Assembly: GCA_036149055.1 (NCBI GenBank)
Contig: JAYZQJ010000088.1
Location: 14,680 to 78,679 of the forward strand
Length of the DNA: 64,000 bases
Direction: 5' to 3'
Origin: Myxococcota bacterium
GTDB lineage: Bacteria > Myxococcota_A > Polyangia > Polyangiales > Sandaracinaceae
The position numbers were made by a program, and so were the translations under genes. How positions within the stretch are numbered: position 1 is the stretch's first letter; every line of letters begins with the position of its first letter. The notes beneath the pieces were generated by a model. That model did not search any database and was not told the DNA's origin. It was given only the letters and a program-made list of their open reading frames with translations. Of this stretch, positions 17,635 to 26,857 are shown one piece after another.

Positions 17635-19056
17635 GTGCGGCACCTGTCCATTCTCCTCCCGCTCCTCGTGATTCTCCCCTCCTGCGGCGGCGGCGCCGGG
17701 CCCCGCGCGCCGGGGGAGGGCGAGGTGCTGCTCCGGCACACGCCGACCGCGAACGCGCGCATCCGCTATCACAGCGTGGTCCGCGAGGTGCCGGGGGACG
17801 CGCCCGGGCGGACCATCAGCGCGCCCGCGACCCTCTTCGTGGGAGAGGAGACCGAGCCCGGCGTGCACGCCCTGCGGGTGGAGCACGCGGACGTGAAGCT
17901 CGCCGGCGAGGGCGGCTCGCGGGTCGACGTGACCGGGGAGATCACGGTGACCCTGGCCCTGGGCGATCAGCGGCAGGCGACGCGTGAGCCCAGCGCGACC
18001 GAGGTGGAGACGGCGGCCGATCTGGCGCGCACCTGGGCCGACGGGCCGACCTTCCCGTACGAGCCGGTCGGCGTGGGCGACCCGTGGGAGATGAGCCCGG
18101 TGACGCGGGTGCTGCCCACCGGGCCGGTGGAGATCGGGCGCAGCGCGCGCATCGCCGACATCTCGGGCGGGGTCGCGACCATCGAGGTCACCGGGGTCCT
18201 CGCGGCGACCGAGGTGGGCGACGGGATCATCGCCGGCGGTGAGCTCGAGCAGCGCTTCCGGGTCCGCGTCGCCGACGGGCTGCTCGTCGAGCAGGACGAC
18301 ACCACCGCGCTCTGGATCGCCTCGCGCGGCGAGGGCGGCGCCGAGCTGGGCCGGGTCGGACACTGGCGGCGCGCGCACCTCGAGCGGATCGCGGGCGCGA
18401 TGCCCGGGCCGGAGGCGCACGACTGGCGGCCCGATCAGCCGGACCGCAGCTGCCGGGCTCGGCTCGCCGCGATGGGGCGCCGCTTCGAGCAGGCGCCGGG
18501 CGGCGTCGACCTGGACCCGGTGGCGGGGGAGCCGATCCCGTGGCCGGAGGTGGCGGACGGGCGCACCGTCGACGAGCCGGGCGTGCTCTTCCACGGCGAC
18601 GACGTCGACGCGCTGCGCGCCTCGTTCGAGTCCGCGGACCTGGGGCGCGCCGTGGTGGCCTACGCGGTCGCGCCGGCGTCGCTGAGCGACGACGAGGTGC
18701 GCGAGGCGCTCGACGGGCTGCCGTCGTTCATCGACCTGCGCCGCCTGGTGTACCGCCCGATCGATCCCCCCTCGCCGCCTCGCCCGGAGGGGGCCGACGA
18801 CGTGGCCCGCGCCATGCGCGCGGGGGATCGGATCGAGGTGTGGCGGGCGGCCGTCGCGCCGTTGGTCGCGACGTGCCGCCCGGCCGCGATGGCGATCGCG
18901 GCGGACGACGACGTCGCGGAGCGTGCCGGGAGCGCGCGGAGGGCGGTGGTCGAGGCGTTCGGTCGCTGCGGCTGCGAAGCCACCGACCTCACTCTCCTCG
19001 AGCACCTCCTCGATACGCGCTACGGCGGCCCCTACCTCGGCTGGACCGACCTCTGA
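17635..19056 (+). CDS. Hypothetical lipoprotein
   Basis: Hydrophobic signal ending LPSC; FP.EPVGVGD.W beta-rich region; GC3-biased codons. Confidence 0.7.
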   Translation: MRHLSILLPLLVILPSCGGGAGPRAPGEGEVLLRHTPTANARIRYHSVVREVPGDAPGRTISAPATLFVGEETEPGVHALRVEHADVKLAGEGGSRVDVTGEITVTLALGDQRQATREPSATEVETAADLARTWADGPTFPYEPVGVGDPWEMSPVTRVLPTGPVEIGRSARIADISGGVATIEVTGVLAATEVGDGIIAGGELEQRFRVRVADGLLVEQDDTTALWIASRGEGGAELGRVGHWRRAHLERIAGAMPGPEAHDWRPDQPDRSCRARLAAMGRRFEQAPGGVDLDPVAGEPIPWPEVADGRTVDEPGVLFHGDDVDALRASFESADLGRAVVAYAVAPASLSDDEVREALDGLPSFIDLRRLVYRPIDPPSPPRPEGADDVARAMRAGDRIEVWRAAVAPLVATCRPAAMAIAADDDVAERAGSARRAVVEAFGRCGCEATDLTLLEHLLDTRYGGPYLGWTDL

Positions 19057-19066
19057 ATCCCGGTGC

Positions 19067-19531
19067 TCACCGCTCGGTGGCGGTGTTCACGAAGATCCGG
19101 CGGCCGTCGAGCTCGCTGTCGGTGAGCCCGTCGATCGCCTTCGGCGCGTCGCGCCGGTTGGCCATCGTGACGAAGCCGAAGCCGCGCGAGTTGCCGGTGC
19201 TGCGGTCGGTGACGACGACCGCGTCGGCCACCTCACCGAACTCCTCGAAGGCGCTCTTGAGCGTCTGCGCCGTGGTGTCGTAGCTGAGCCCACCCACGAA
19301 GAGGCGAGCCGGGATGGCCGTGCCGCCGCCGCCGTTGCGGGGGGCCTCCATCTGCTCCATCAGCTCTTCGACGCTGGGGCTGGTCGTGGCGATCAGCTCC
19401 TCGCGGTCGACGACGTCGAGCTCGCTGGGGCCTTCCTCGCGCTTCATCCGGCGACGCATCGCCTTCTCGCGCTTCTTCTTCGCCTTCTCGTTCTCACGAG
19501 CACGCTTGTTCTGATTGTAGCCGCGGCTCAC
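19067..19531 (-). CDS. RNA-recognition-motif (RRM) RNA-binding protein with basic N-terminal extension
   Basis: RNP2 LFVGGL, RNP1 RGFGFVTM, ELDGRRIFVN.A. Confidence 0.92.
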   Translation of the reverse strand: MSRGYNQNKRARENEKAKKKREKAMRRRMKREEGPSELDVVDREELIATTSPSVEELMEQMEAPRNGGGGTAIPARLFVGGLSYDTTAQTLKSAFEEFGEVADAVVVTDRSTGNSRGFGFVTMANRRDAPKAIDGLTDSELDGRRIFVNTATER

Positions 19532-19772
19532 TGGGGGCCTCGAGCGGCGTGGGATCGATGTGTCGGGTGCAAGTTTCCGTTTCCTCGTTTCTCGTCGGCG
19601 CGAAGCCGAAACGCGGCGCGTCACCGTGACGGACGCCGGACCGCTGCAGGCGCGAGCTGTTCGCCGCCGCGCGCGGACCCTTCCGTGTGACGCCTCGGAG
19701 CGCCCAGGTCAACCGTTCAATTGTGATTCCGCCGCTCGCGCGGGCGCGCAAACGTGTCAACCTCGCGCCGCC

Positions 19773-20735
19773 ATGCGGGCTCTCGCCGCCACCCTCCGCG
19801 CGCCGGTGTCACCGGTCACGGGCCGCCTCCACCTCGAGGGGTGGGACCGGCTGCGCGTGATCGCCGCGCTCGACACCGTGTTCCTCCACTTCACCGGAGA
19901 CCACGCGTTCTTCGGCTGGGGGCTGCCGCTCTTCCTGCTGCTCTCGATCGCGCTCGGGGTCTCGAAGCCGCAGGCGCCGACCACCGCGCGCTTCCTCGAG
20001 CGTCGGGTGCCCCGGATCCTGCTGCCCTGGGTGTTCTGGGCGGTCGTCTTCGTCGGCCTGCGCGCGCTGTCGTGCTGGATGAGCGGCCTGCCGCTCTTCG
20101 GCTGGCTCGAGCCGTCGATGCTCTTCTACGGCCCGCGCATCCACCTCTGGTTCCTGCCCTTCATCCTCGGGGCGGGCCTGATCGCCCACCGGGTGCACCA
20201 GCTCGTCGGCACCTCGCGGGTGGCGCCGGTGGTCGCCCTCGGCCTCGCGGGCGGCGCGGTGCTGCTGGCGCCCACGCTCTCGGCGACGGAGTGGCCCTAC
20301 GCGCAGTGGGTCTTCAGCCTCCCGGCGATCCCGCTCGGCTTCGTGCTCGGCCGGGCCCTGGCGTTCGAGCGATCGCTGCCGCGGCTCCGGCTGACGCTGC
20401 TGACGATCCTGCTCGGGTTCGTGGGCCTCGGCCTCGCCGCCTGGGGCGTGGACGAGCGGAGCGGCGTCTACGCCTTCCGCCACGCGGGCGGCTTCGGGCT
20501 CCTCGCGCTGGCGACCCTGCTCCCCAACCGCGCCGATCCGATCACCAAGAAGCTCACGCCGCTCATGCTGGGCGTCTACATCCTGCACCCGGCGGTCTAC
20601 GGCTGGATCGTCAAGCCCGCGATGTGCGCGGTGGAGATGAACCACGTGCGCTGGCTGCGGGTCGCCCTCGCGTTCCCGGCGACGATGCTGGTGGTCTGGC
20701 TCCTGCGGAAGACCTGGCTGAAGCGCTTCCTCTGA
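19773..20735 (+). CDS. Acyltransferase-3 family membrane protein
   Basis: DRLRVIA...V..H, PLFLLLS, RR..RILLP..FW, HLWFLP, GVYILHP; about 10 TM. Confidence 0.85.
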   Translation: MRALAATLRAPVSPVTGRLHLEGWDRLRVIAALDTVFLHFTGDHAFFGWGLPLFLLLSIALGVSKPQAPTTARFLERRVPRILLPWVFWAVVFVGLRALSCWMSGLPLFGWLEPSMLFYGPRIHLWFLPFILGAGLIAHRVHQLVGTSRVAPVVALGLAGGAVLLAPTLSATEWPYAQWVFSLPAIPLGFVLGRALAFERSLPRLRLTLLTILLGFVGLGLAAWGVDERSGVYAFRHAGGFGLLALATLLPNRADPITKKLTPLMLGVYILHPAVYGWIVKPAMCAVEMNHVRWLRVALAFPATMLVVWLLRKTWLKRFL

Positions 20736-21623
20736 TCAGGGGAAGACGCGCACGACCAGGTCGCCGAGGGCGAAGGGGAAGGTCAGCGCCCCGTCGGTGG
20801 CCACGTAGGCGGTGAAGCGCACGCCGACCTCCAGGTCGTTCGCGGTGAAGGCGAAGCCGAAGGACGCGCCGAGCAGGCCGAGGTGGTATCCGTCCGCCTC
20901 GCGCTGGCCGGGACCGAGGAAGCCGTAGCCGCCCTCGAGGCCGGCCTCGAAGCGCCCCTGGCGCCGGTCCGCCGCGTAGGTGAGCCCGCCGGTCAGCATC
21001 GCGCTGCCGCGCATCGTCGGATCGAAGACCGCCCCGCCGCGGGCCCGGGCCTCGACCCGGAGAGAGGGCCAGGGGAAGAAGCCGACCCCGACCAGCCCCT
21101 GGTTCGCCATGAGCGCCGTCGACCAGCCCAGCTCGACGAAGCCGCCGCGCAGCGGGCCTCGGGCCTCGCGCAGCGGCGCGGGCGGCTCGACCTCGGCCTC
21201 GGGGGTGACCGTGGCCGGCGCGTCGAGCTCGCGTCCGAGGTGGCCGAGCGGCTCCATCGAGTCGACCAGGCGGGCGGCGACGATCGCCGCGACGCGGGCG
21301 TCGGCGCGGGGAGGCATCGCGGCGTCGACGTGCGCGCCGTCCGCCACCCGGATGGCGTGGAGCCGGCCGTCGGGCTCGAGCCAGATCGCGACCTCGGCCC
21401 CGCGCGCGTCGGCCTGGGCCCGGGCCGACACCGCCCGCCAGGCGCTCGACGGGCCGGTCGGCGGGTCCACGCGGAACGCCTCCATGCCGGTCCGGGAGAG
21501 CTCGCGCTCCAGCGCCACGGCGCGCTCCCAGTCCCCGTCCATCCACAGCACCGTCTGCGCCTGCGCCGAGAGCGGCATCAGCCACCCCAGCGCGAGCGCG
21601 ATCCAGATCGTCCCTCTCCGCAT
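20736..21623 (-). CDS. Secreted protein with C-terminal beta-strand (OMP-like) region
   Basis: Signal peptide AQA; amphipathic beta strands at C-terminus. Confidence 0.65.
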   Translation of the reverse strand: MRRGTIWIALALGWLMPLSAQAQTVLWMDGDWERAVALERELSRTGMEAFRVDPPTGPSSAWRAVSARAQADARGAEVAIWLEPDGRLHAIRVADGAHVDAAMPPRADARVAAIVAARLVDSMEPLGHLGRELDAPATVTPEAEVEPPAPLREARGPLRGGFVELGWSTALMANQGLVGVGFFPWPSLRVEARARGGAVFDPTMRGSAMLTGGLTYAADRRQGRFEAGLEGGYGFLGPGQREADGYHLGLLGASFGFAFTANDLEVGVRFTAYVATDGALTFPFALGDLVVRVFP

Positions 21624-21731
21624 GCCGGCCAGGAGACCTCACGTCGTGGCCCGCTGCCAACCGATCTCGACTATTCTCCGCTGAGCTACTCGATTGGCGC
21701 GGCCTCCACGCGTCCCGCCGGAGACCGACCT

Positions 21732-22427
21732 GTGCGACGGGCCGACCGCCTCTTCCAGATCATCCAGCTCCTCCGCGGCCGCCGCCGGGCGGTCACCGCG
21801 CGCTGGCTGGCCGAGCGGCTCGAGGTGTCGGAGCGGACCATCTACCGCGACATCCACGACCTCGTCTCGACCGGCACGCCCATCGAGGGGGAGGCCGGGG
21901 TCGGGTACACGCTTCGCTCGGGCTACGACCTGCCTCCCCTCATGTTCGACGAGGAGGAGCTCGAGGCGCTCGTGCTCGGCGCGCGGGTGGCGGCGGCGTT
22001 CGGGGACGAGCGGCTCGCCCGGGCCGCCGAGCGCGCGCTCTCCAAGGTGACGGCGGTGCTGCCGCGGGGCCTGGCGGAGAAGCTTCGGGCGGCCGCGCTC
22101 TTCGCGCCGCGCTTCCCGAGGGCCGCCAACGAGTCCCTCGGCGTGGTGCGCGCGGCCATCAACGACCGCCTTCGTCTGCGCATGCGCTACGAGCGGGCCG
22201 ACGGGGACCTCCGCGTGCGCACGGTGAGGCCGCTCGCCGCCTTCTTCTGGGGCAGCAGCTGGACGGTCACCGCCTGGTGCGAGCTGCGGGACGACTTCCG
22301 CACCTTCCGGCTGGACCGCATGCGGGAGATCGAGCTGGGCGAGCCTTTCCTCGAGGAGCCGGGCAAGACGCTGCACGACTACGTGCTCACCCTCGGCCCG
22401 GACGCCCACGGCATGCTCGACGCCTGA
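21732..22427 (+). CDS. YafY-family HTH-WYL transcriptional regulator
   Basis: RRADRLFQIIQLLR, LAERLEVSERTIYRDI, GEAGVGY, LPPLMF, AWCELRDDFRTFRLDR. Confidence 0.93.
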   Translation: MRRADRLFQIIQLLRGRRRAVTARWLAERLEVSERTIYRDIHDLVSTGTPIEGEAGVGYTLRSGYDLPPLMFDEEELEALVLGARVAAAFGDERLARAAERALSKVTAVLPRGLAEKLRAAALFAPRFPRAANESLGVVRAAINDRLRLRMRYERADGDLRVRTVRPLAAFFWGSSWTVTAWCELRDDFRTFRLDRMREIELGEPFLEEPGKTLHDYVLTLGPDAHGMLDA

Positions 22428-22507
22428 CGGGAACCTTCGGGGCGGATCGCGGTCAGCCCGACGTGACCCCCACCCACGCTCGCAACGCCGTACCGACGGT
22501 GCTACCA

Positions 22508-24310
22508 ATGGACCGCTCGATGGGCCGACGATCTCGACGACGACGGCTCCTGGTCGAGCGACGCGCGATGATGCAGCTCGTCGCCGACGCCCAGGAGAAC
22601 GCGCCGGTGCCCACCGGCGGAACCGCGCTCGCGCTGCGCGCGCCCGAGACCGACGAGGAGTGGGTGGACCTCATCCACCACGATCCCCTCGTGACCCTCG
22701 ACAAGGAGCTGCTGCGCTCGGCGCTGCGCTTCGCATTCGAGTCGGGCGACGCGGGAGGGCTGCTCGGCAAGGCGGTGGACGACGCGCCGATCACGCCGAG
22801 CGGCTGGGACCCGGAGGTCTTCTCGGGCGGACTCTTCTTGCCCGAGCTGCTCACCAGCTGCTTCGTCATCGAGGTCGGAAAGAAGCGTCACACGCCGAGC
22901 CAGACCCACCTGGTGAAGCTGCTCTCGCACCCGCCCGAGGACGTCCGCGACGTCACCCTCCGGCAGGAGGTGCTCCGGGAGCTCGCCGGCTCCCCCGCGC
23001 TCCGCGAGGCGCTGAGCACCATCTACGTCGCGCTCCGCGAGCTGCGCGGGCTGCTCGACGAGCGCGCGATGACGCCGGGCGAGACCATCAAGCGCAAGGT
23101 CGACGTGCTCGGCGCGGTGAAGCGCATCCTCGACACCGCCGACGAGGGGCTCGGCGACGCGACCAGCGCCCTGTCGCGGCTCCACGAGTTCGGCGCCGCC
23201 GTGCGGGGTCGCGACGTCTACCGCCGGCTCGCCCAGATCCTGGACTTCGAGCGCAACATGGCGCTCCTCGAGGTCCGGGTCGTGCTCGGCTCGGACGGTC
23301 GCATCCGCGACTTCCAGCTCGTCGAGGCCAAGGAGAACCGGGACAACCCGCTGCTCTGGTCGCCGTGGCGGCGCGTGTGGTCCCGCCTGTTCTCCTGGCT
23401 GCGCGGCTACGAGTACACCGAGAACGAGGTCCTGCTGAAGGTCATCGACGAGGTCTTCGAGGAGCTGGAGGACGTCATCCTCCCCTGCTTCGACCTCATC
23501 GGCGACGTCGAGCTCTACCTCGCGGCCCTCGGCTTCAAGGACCGCTGCGAGCGAGAGGGGCTCGAGGTCTGCCTGCCCGAGATCCACGACACGCCGGACG
23601 CTGGAGAGCCCAGCGGACCGCTCGAGATCGAGCGCCTCTTCAACCCGCTGCTGCTCCTGCAGGACGTGACGCCCACGCCGTGCGACCTGCGCACCTCGGG
23701 GCACGACGCGATGGTGCTGGTCACCGGCCCGAACTCGGGCGGCAAGACCCGCATGCTCCAGGCGCTCTCGCTGACCCAGCTCCTCGGTCAGAGCGGGCTC
23801 TTCGTCCCGGCCGCGGCGGCCAAGCTGACCCGCGCGCCGACGATGTTCGTCTCGCTGATCGAGGGCGCGCCCGCCGATCAGAAGGAGGGCCGCCTCGGCA
23901 CCGAGCTGATGCGGGTGCGGCGGCTGTTCGAGCAGCTCGAGCCCGGCTCGATGGTGGTGCTCGACGAGCTCTGCAGCGGGACCAACCCGAGCGAGGGCAT
24001 CGCCATCTTCGAGATGGTGATCTCGCTCCTGCCGCGCCTCCGGCCGCAGGTCTGGGTGACGACCCACTTCCTCGACGCCGCGCGCAAGCTCGAAGCCGAG
24101 GGGCGGGTGGACCGCCTCGAGTTCCTGCAGGTCGAGCTGAAGAAGGACGAGCCGACCTACCAGTTCGTCCCCGGCGTCGCGCCCACCTCGCTCGCCTACG
24201 TCGTGGCCTCCCGGCTCGGCGTCACGCAGGAGGAGCTGGTGGCGCTCGTCGAGCGTCAGGAGCGCAAGTTCGCGGTCGACGACGACGAGGCGCTCGAAGA
24301 GGCCGGGTGA
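22508..24310 (+). CDS. MutS-like (domain V) ATPase lacking mismatch-recognition domain
   Basis: Walker A GPNSGGKT, GLFVPA, EGRLGTEL, Walker B LDELCSGTN, VTTHF; start uncertain (22508-22571). Confidence 0.85.
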   Translation: MDRSMGRRSRRRRLLVERRAMMQLVADAQENAPVPTGGTALALRAPETDEEWVDLIHHDPLVTLDKELLRSALRFAFESGDAGGLLGKAVDDAPITPSGWDPEVFSGGLFLPELLTSCFVIEVGKKRHTPSQTHLVKLLSHPPEDVRDVTLRQEVLRELAGSPALREALSTIYVALRELRGLLDERAMTPGETIKRKVDVLGAVKRILDTADEGLGDATSALSRLHEFGAAVRGRDVYRRLAQILDFERNMALLEVRVVLGSDGRIRDFQLVEAKENRDNPLLWSPWRRVWSRLFSWLRGYEYTENEVLLKVIDEVFEELEDVILPCFDLIGDVELYLAALGFKDRCEREGLEVCLPEIHDTPDAGEPSGPLEIERLFNPLLLLQDVTPTPCDLRTSGHDAMVLVTGPNSGGKTRMLQALSLTQLLGQSGLFVPAAAAKLTRAPTMFVSLIEGAPADQKEGRLGTELMRVRRLFEQLEPGSMVVLDELCSGTNPSEGIAIFEMVISLLPRLRPQVWVTTHFLDAARKLEAEGRVDRLEFLQVELKKDEPTYQFVPGVAPTSLAYVVASRLGVTQEELVALVERQERKFAVDDDEALEEAG

Positions 24311-24344
24311 TGGCGACGCCGCGGACCGGACCTACGTCTCGGTC

Positions 24345-24752
24345 ATGCGAGGAGACAGCTCGGGCGAGGCGCTGATGGACGCGGGCGCGCTCGCGCTCGC
24401 CACCGGGGTCGCGCTGGCGGCCGGGGACGCCGCGGTCGGAGGCGCCGCCTTCCCGATGCTGCCCGAGGCGCTCGCGACGCCCGCCTGGGTGCTGCTGTTC
24501 CTGCTGCTCGGCGGGGCGGGCTGGCTGGTGTGGCGGCGCGAGGGCCTGGGCGGGGGCGTGCTCCTGCTCGGAGGGCTCGCGGCGCTCTTCGCGCTCCGGC
24601 CCGCGCTCGGCGCGGGGCACGGGGTGGTCGCGCTCGTGCTCGGGCTGCTCACCGGGCTCGCCGCGCACCTGCTGGCCCGCCGCGGGCAGCGCGGCCCGGC
24701 GGCGCTCCTGATCCCCCTCGCCATCGCCGTGGGGGCGCTGGCGTTCGTCTGA
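24345..24752 (+). CDS. Small hydrophobic membrane protein
   Basis: 4-5 hydrophobic helices; alternative start at ATG 24375 after GAGG. Confidence 0.6.
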   Translation: MRGDSSGEALMDAGALALATGVALAAGDAAVGGAAFPMLPEALATPAWVLLFLLLGGAGWLVWRREGLGGGVLLLGGLAALFALRPALGAGHGVVALVLGLLTGLAAHLLARRGQRGPAALLIPLAIAVGALAFV

Positions 24753-25334
24753 TCACCAGCGGCCGATCTCCCAGTCGCCGCCCTCGTGACGGGCGCGCAA
24801 GAGCGCGAAGCACTCGCGCGCGATCTCCAGCCCGCGGTCCCGGAAGTTCTTGTCGTTCATCCAGAACTCGTGCAGGTCGCCGCGCCGCTGGCGGCCGTAG
24901 ACCAGCGCCTTGGTCATCATCTGGATCTTGTCGGCCGCCTTGACGACGCGGGCCTCGAGGCTCTCCCCGTCCTCCATCTCCCGCCAGGTGGTCCGCTGCC
25001 GCGGCGGCAGGGAGCGCTGGACGATGCCCTCCTCGAGGGTCTCGAGCGCGGCGTCGAGCGCGGGCGTCTTCTGGGGCATCGGCACGTCGCCGGTCTTGGC
25101 CTCGGGCGCGTCGTGCACGAGGGCCATGCGCAGCGCCTTCTCGCCGTCGACCTCGACCCCCTCGTCGCGGAGCGCGTCCACCAGGAGCATGACGGTGAGC
25201 GCGACGCCGTAGCTGTGGTCGGCGATCGACTCGCAGGGGCGGATGCCTCGCAGCAGCCAGCCGGTGCGCGGCAGGTCGGCGAGGGGATCGAGGGTCACGA
25301 GGGTGTCGACGATGCGGGCGGCGCGTTCGGTCAT
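24753..25334 (-). CDS. HD-domain hydrolase (YfbR/HDDC2-like 5'-deoxynucleotidase)
   Basis: PRTGW, ESIADHS, ALVHD..EAKTGD, EARVVKAADK. Confidence 0.9.
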   Translation of the reverse strand: MTERAARIVDTLVTLDPLADLPRTGWLLRGIRPCESIADHSYGVALTVMLLVDALRDEGVEVDGEKALRMALVHDAPEAKTGDVPMPQKTPALDAALETLEEGIVQRSLPPRQRTTWREMEDGESLEARVVKAADKIQMMTKALVYGRQRRGDLHEFWMNDKNFRDRGLEIARECFALLRARHEGGDWEIGRW

Positions 25335-25343
25335 GCCCCGCGC

Positions 25344-26741
25344 TTAGCACGCCTCGAGCGCGATCGGCCGCGGCCCCAGCCGCTCGAGCGCCGCCCGCGT
25401 CCGCCGCTCGAGCCGGTCCCGGTCCGCCCCCGCGAGGTGGGGCGCGGCCTCCTCGCGGAGCGCGTGCACCTCGCCGCGGAGCGCGCGTCGGCGGCTCGGG
25501 TCGTCCAGCTCCGCCGCGAGCTCCGCCAGCGTGCTCGCCAGGTGCAGCGAGACGTTGCGATCCTTCACCGCGTAGGGGCGCAGGCGCTCGAGGGACTCGG
25601 CGACGAAGATCTCGAAGGTCAGGGGGCGCGCCACCACGCGCACCGCGCCGTCCGCGTCCCGCGTCACGCCGTGCACGTCGCCGCGGCGCGCCAGCGCGGA
25701 GAGGGCCGCGCCGATGCGGTCCACGCAGGAGATGGCGGTGAACGGGTCGTTGACGCCGGGAGAGAGCGCGCGGGTCGCGATCTCGAGTAGCTCGTTCACG
25801 AGGAAGAGCACGTCCTCCCGCGGCGTGCGGAGGACGCCGGTCGCGAAGGCGGAGCGGATCGAGTCGGCCAGCGCCGCCTCGTCGACGCCGCGCGCCGCGA
25901 CCCGCGCGAGGACCCGCCCCCGGGCCACGAACTCACCGGGCGCGTGCACGAGGTCGATGCGCGCGTCGGCCCGCTCCGCGCACTCCAGCAGGTGCCCGAG
26001 ATCGATGCGCTGGATGTAGCCCTGCTTCTCGGCGCGGACCTCGAGCGCGCCGGTCGCGAGCGGCGGAGGCTCGGGCACGTCGCGGCGCTCCGCGGGAAAG
26101 AACGCCTCGATCCGGTCGTCGAGGGCGTCGCCGATGCGCGCGATCACCCGTGAGATGTGGATGCTCTGCGGGATGTGGTGGATGTAATAGATGAGCACCG
26201 CGCAGCCCGCGATGGCGAGGCCGAGCGCCATCAGCGTCGCCACCTGCGGGACGAAGGGCTCGGCCGCCTCCCCGCTGCCCGGGCCCCAGGAGTCGTTCAC
26301 CGCGCGCAGCACCACCAGGCAGTAGAGGAAGGCGGCGACGTAGGTGCCGAGGGTGATCTGGTTGCCGCGGTCGCGCATGAAATTCGTCAGCAGCCGCGGC
26401 GCGAACTGGGAGGCGCTGTAGGCGACGGCGGCGATCGTGATCGAGAAGGTCACCCCGGCCACCCCGATCATCGACGCCGCCACCGTGGTCAGCACCGCGC
26501 GCGCCCCTTCGGGGCCGTTGGGCCCGATCAGGCGCAGCTCCCCCAGCCAGTCCGGCGGCAGGGCGCGATCGATCGCGATGCTCGCCACCGCGAGGGCGAC
26601 CGCGCCGACGGCCATCAGGCTCGGGACGAACCAGTAGCTGCCGCGCAGGTTCTCGAGCAGCTGCCGGATGCCCACCCAGCTGGTCAGCCGGCGGAATCCG
26701 CGGCGCTTGGGGCGGAGGGCCTTCGATCGCATCGCCGACAT
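25344..26741 (-). CDS. DUF2254 membrane protein
   Basis: SYWFVP, ASMIGVAGVTFSIT, SQFAPRLL.NF, GYIQRID, RALSPGVNDPFTA. Confidence 0.9.
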   Translation of the reverse strand: MSAMRSKALRPKRRGFRRLTSWVGIRQLLENLRGSYWFVPSLMAVGAVALAVASIAIDRALPPDWLGELRLIGPNGPEGARAVLTTVAASMIGVAGVTFSITIAAVAYSASQFAPRLLTNFMRDRGNQITLGTYVAAFLYCLVVLRAVNDSWGPGSGEAAEPFVPQVATLMALGLAIAGCAVLIYYIHHIPQSIHISRVIARIGDALDDRIEAFFPAERRDVPEPPPLATGALEVRAEKQGYIQRIDLGHLLECAERADARIDLVHAPGEFVARGRVLARVAARGVDEAALADSIRSAFATGVLRTPREDVLFLVNELLEIATRALSPGVNDPFTAISCVDRIGAALSALARRGDVHGVTRDADGAVRVVARPLTFEIFVAESLERLRPYAVKDRNVSLHLASTLAELAAELDDPSRRRALRGEVHALREEAAPHLAGADRDRLERRTRAALERLGPRPIALEAC

Positions 26742-26857
26742 CGCGCGGGGGAGTGCAGGGGGCGTGCCGTGCACCCGAGGCTGCCGGTCGGCCAACGTCT
26801 CGGGGCAGCGCGCCCCACCTCGTAGCGGCGCCGCCCACTCTGGTACGCTCCGCCGCC

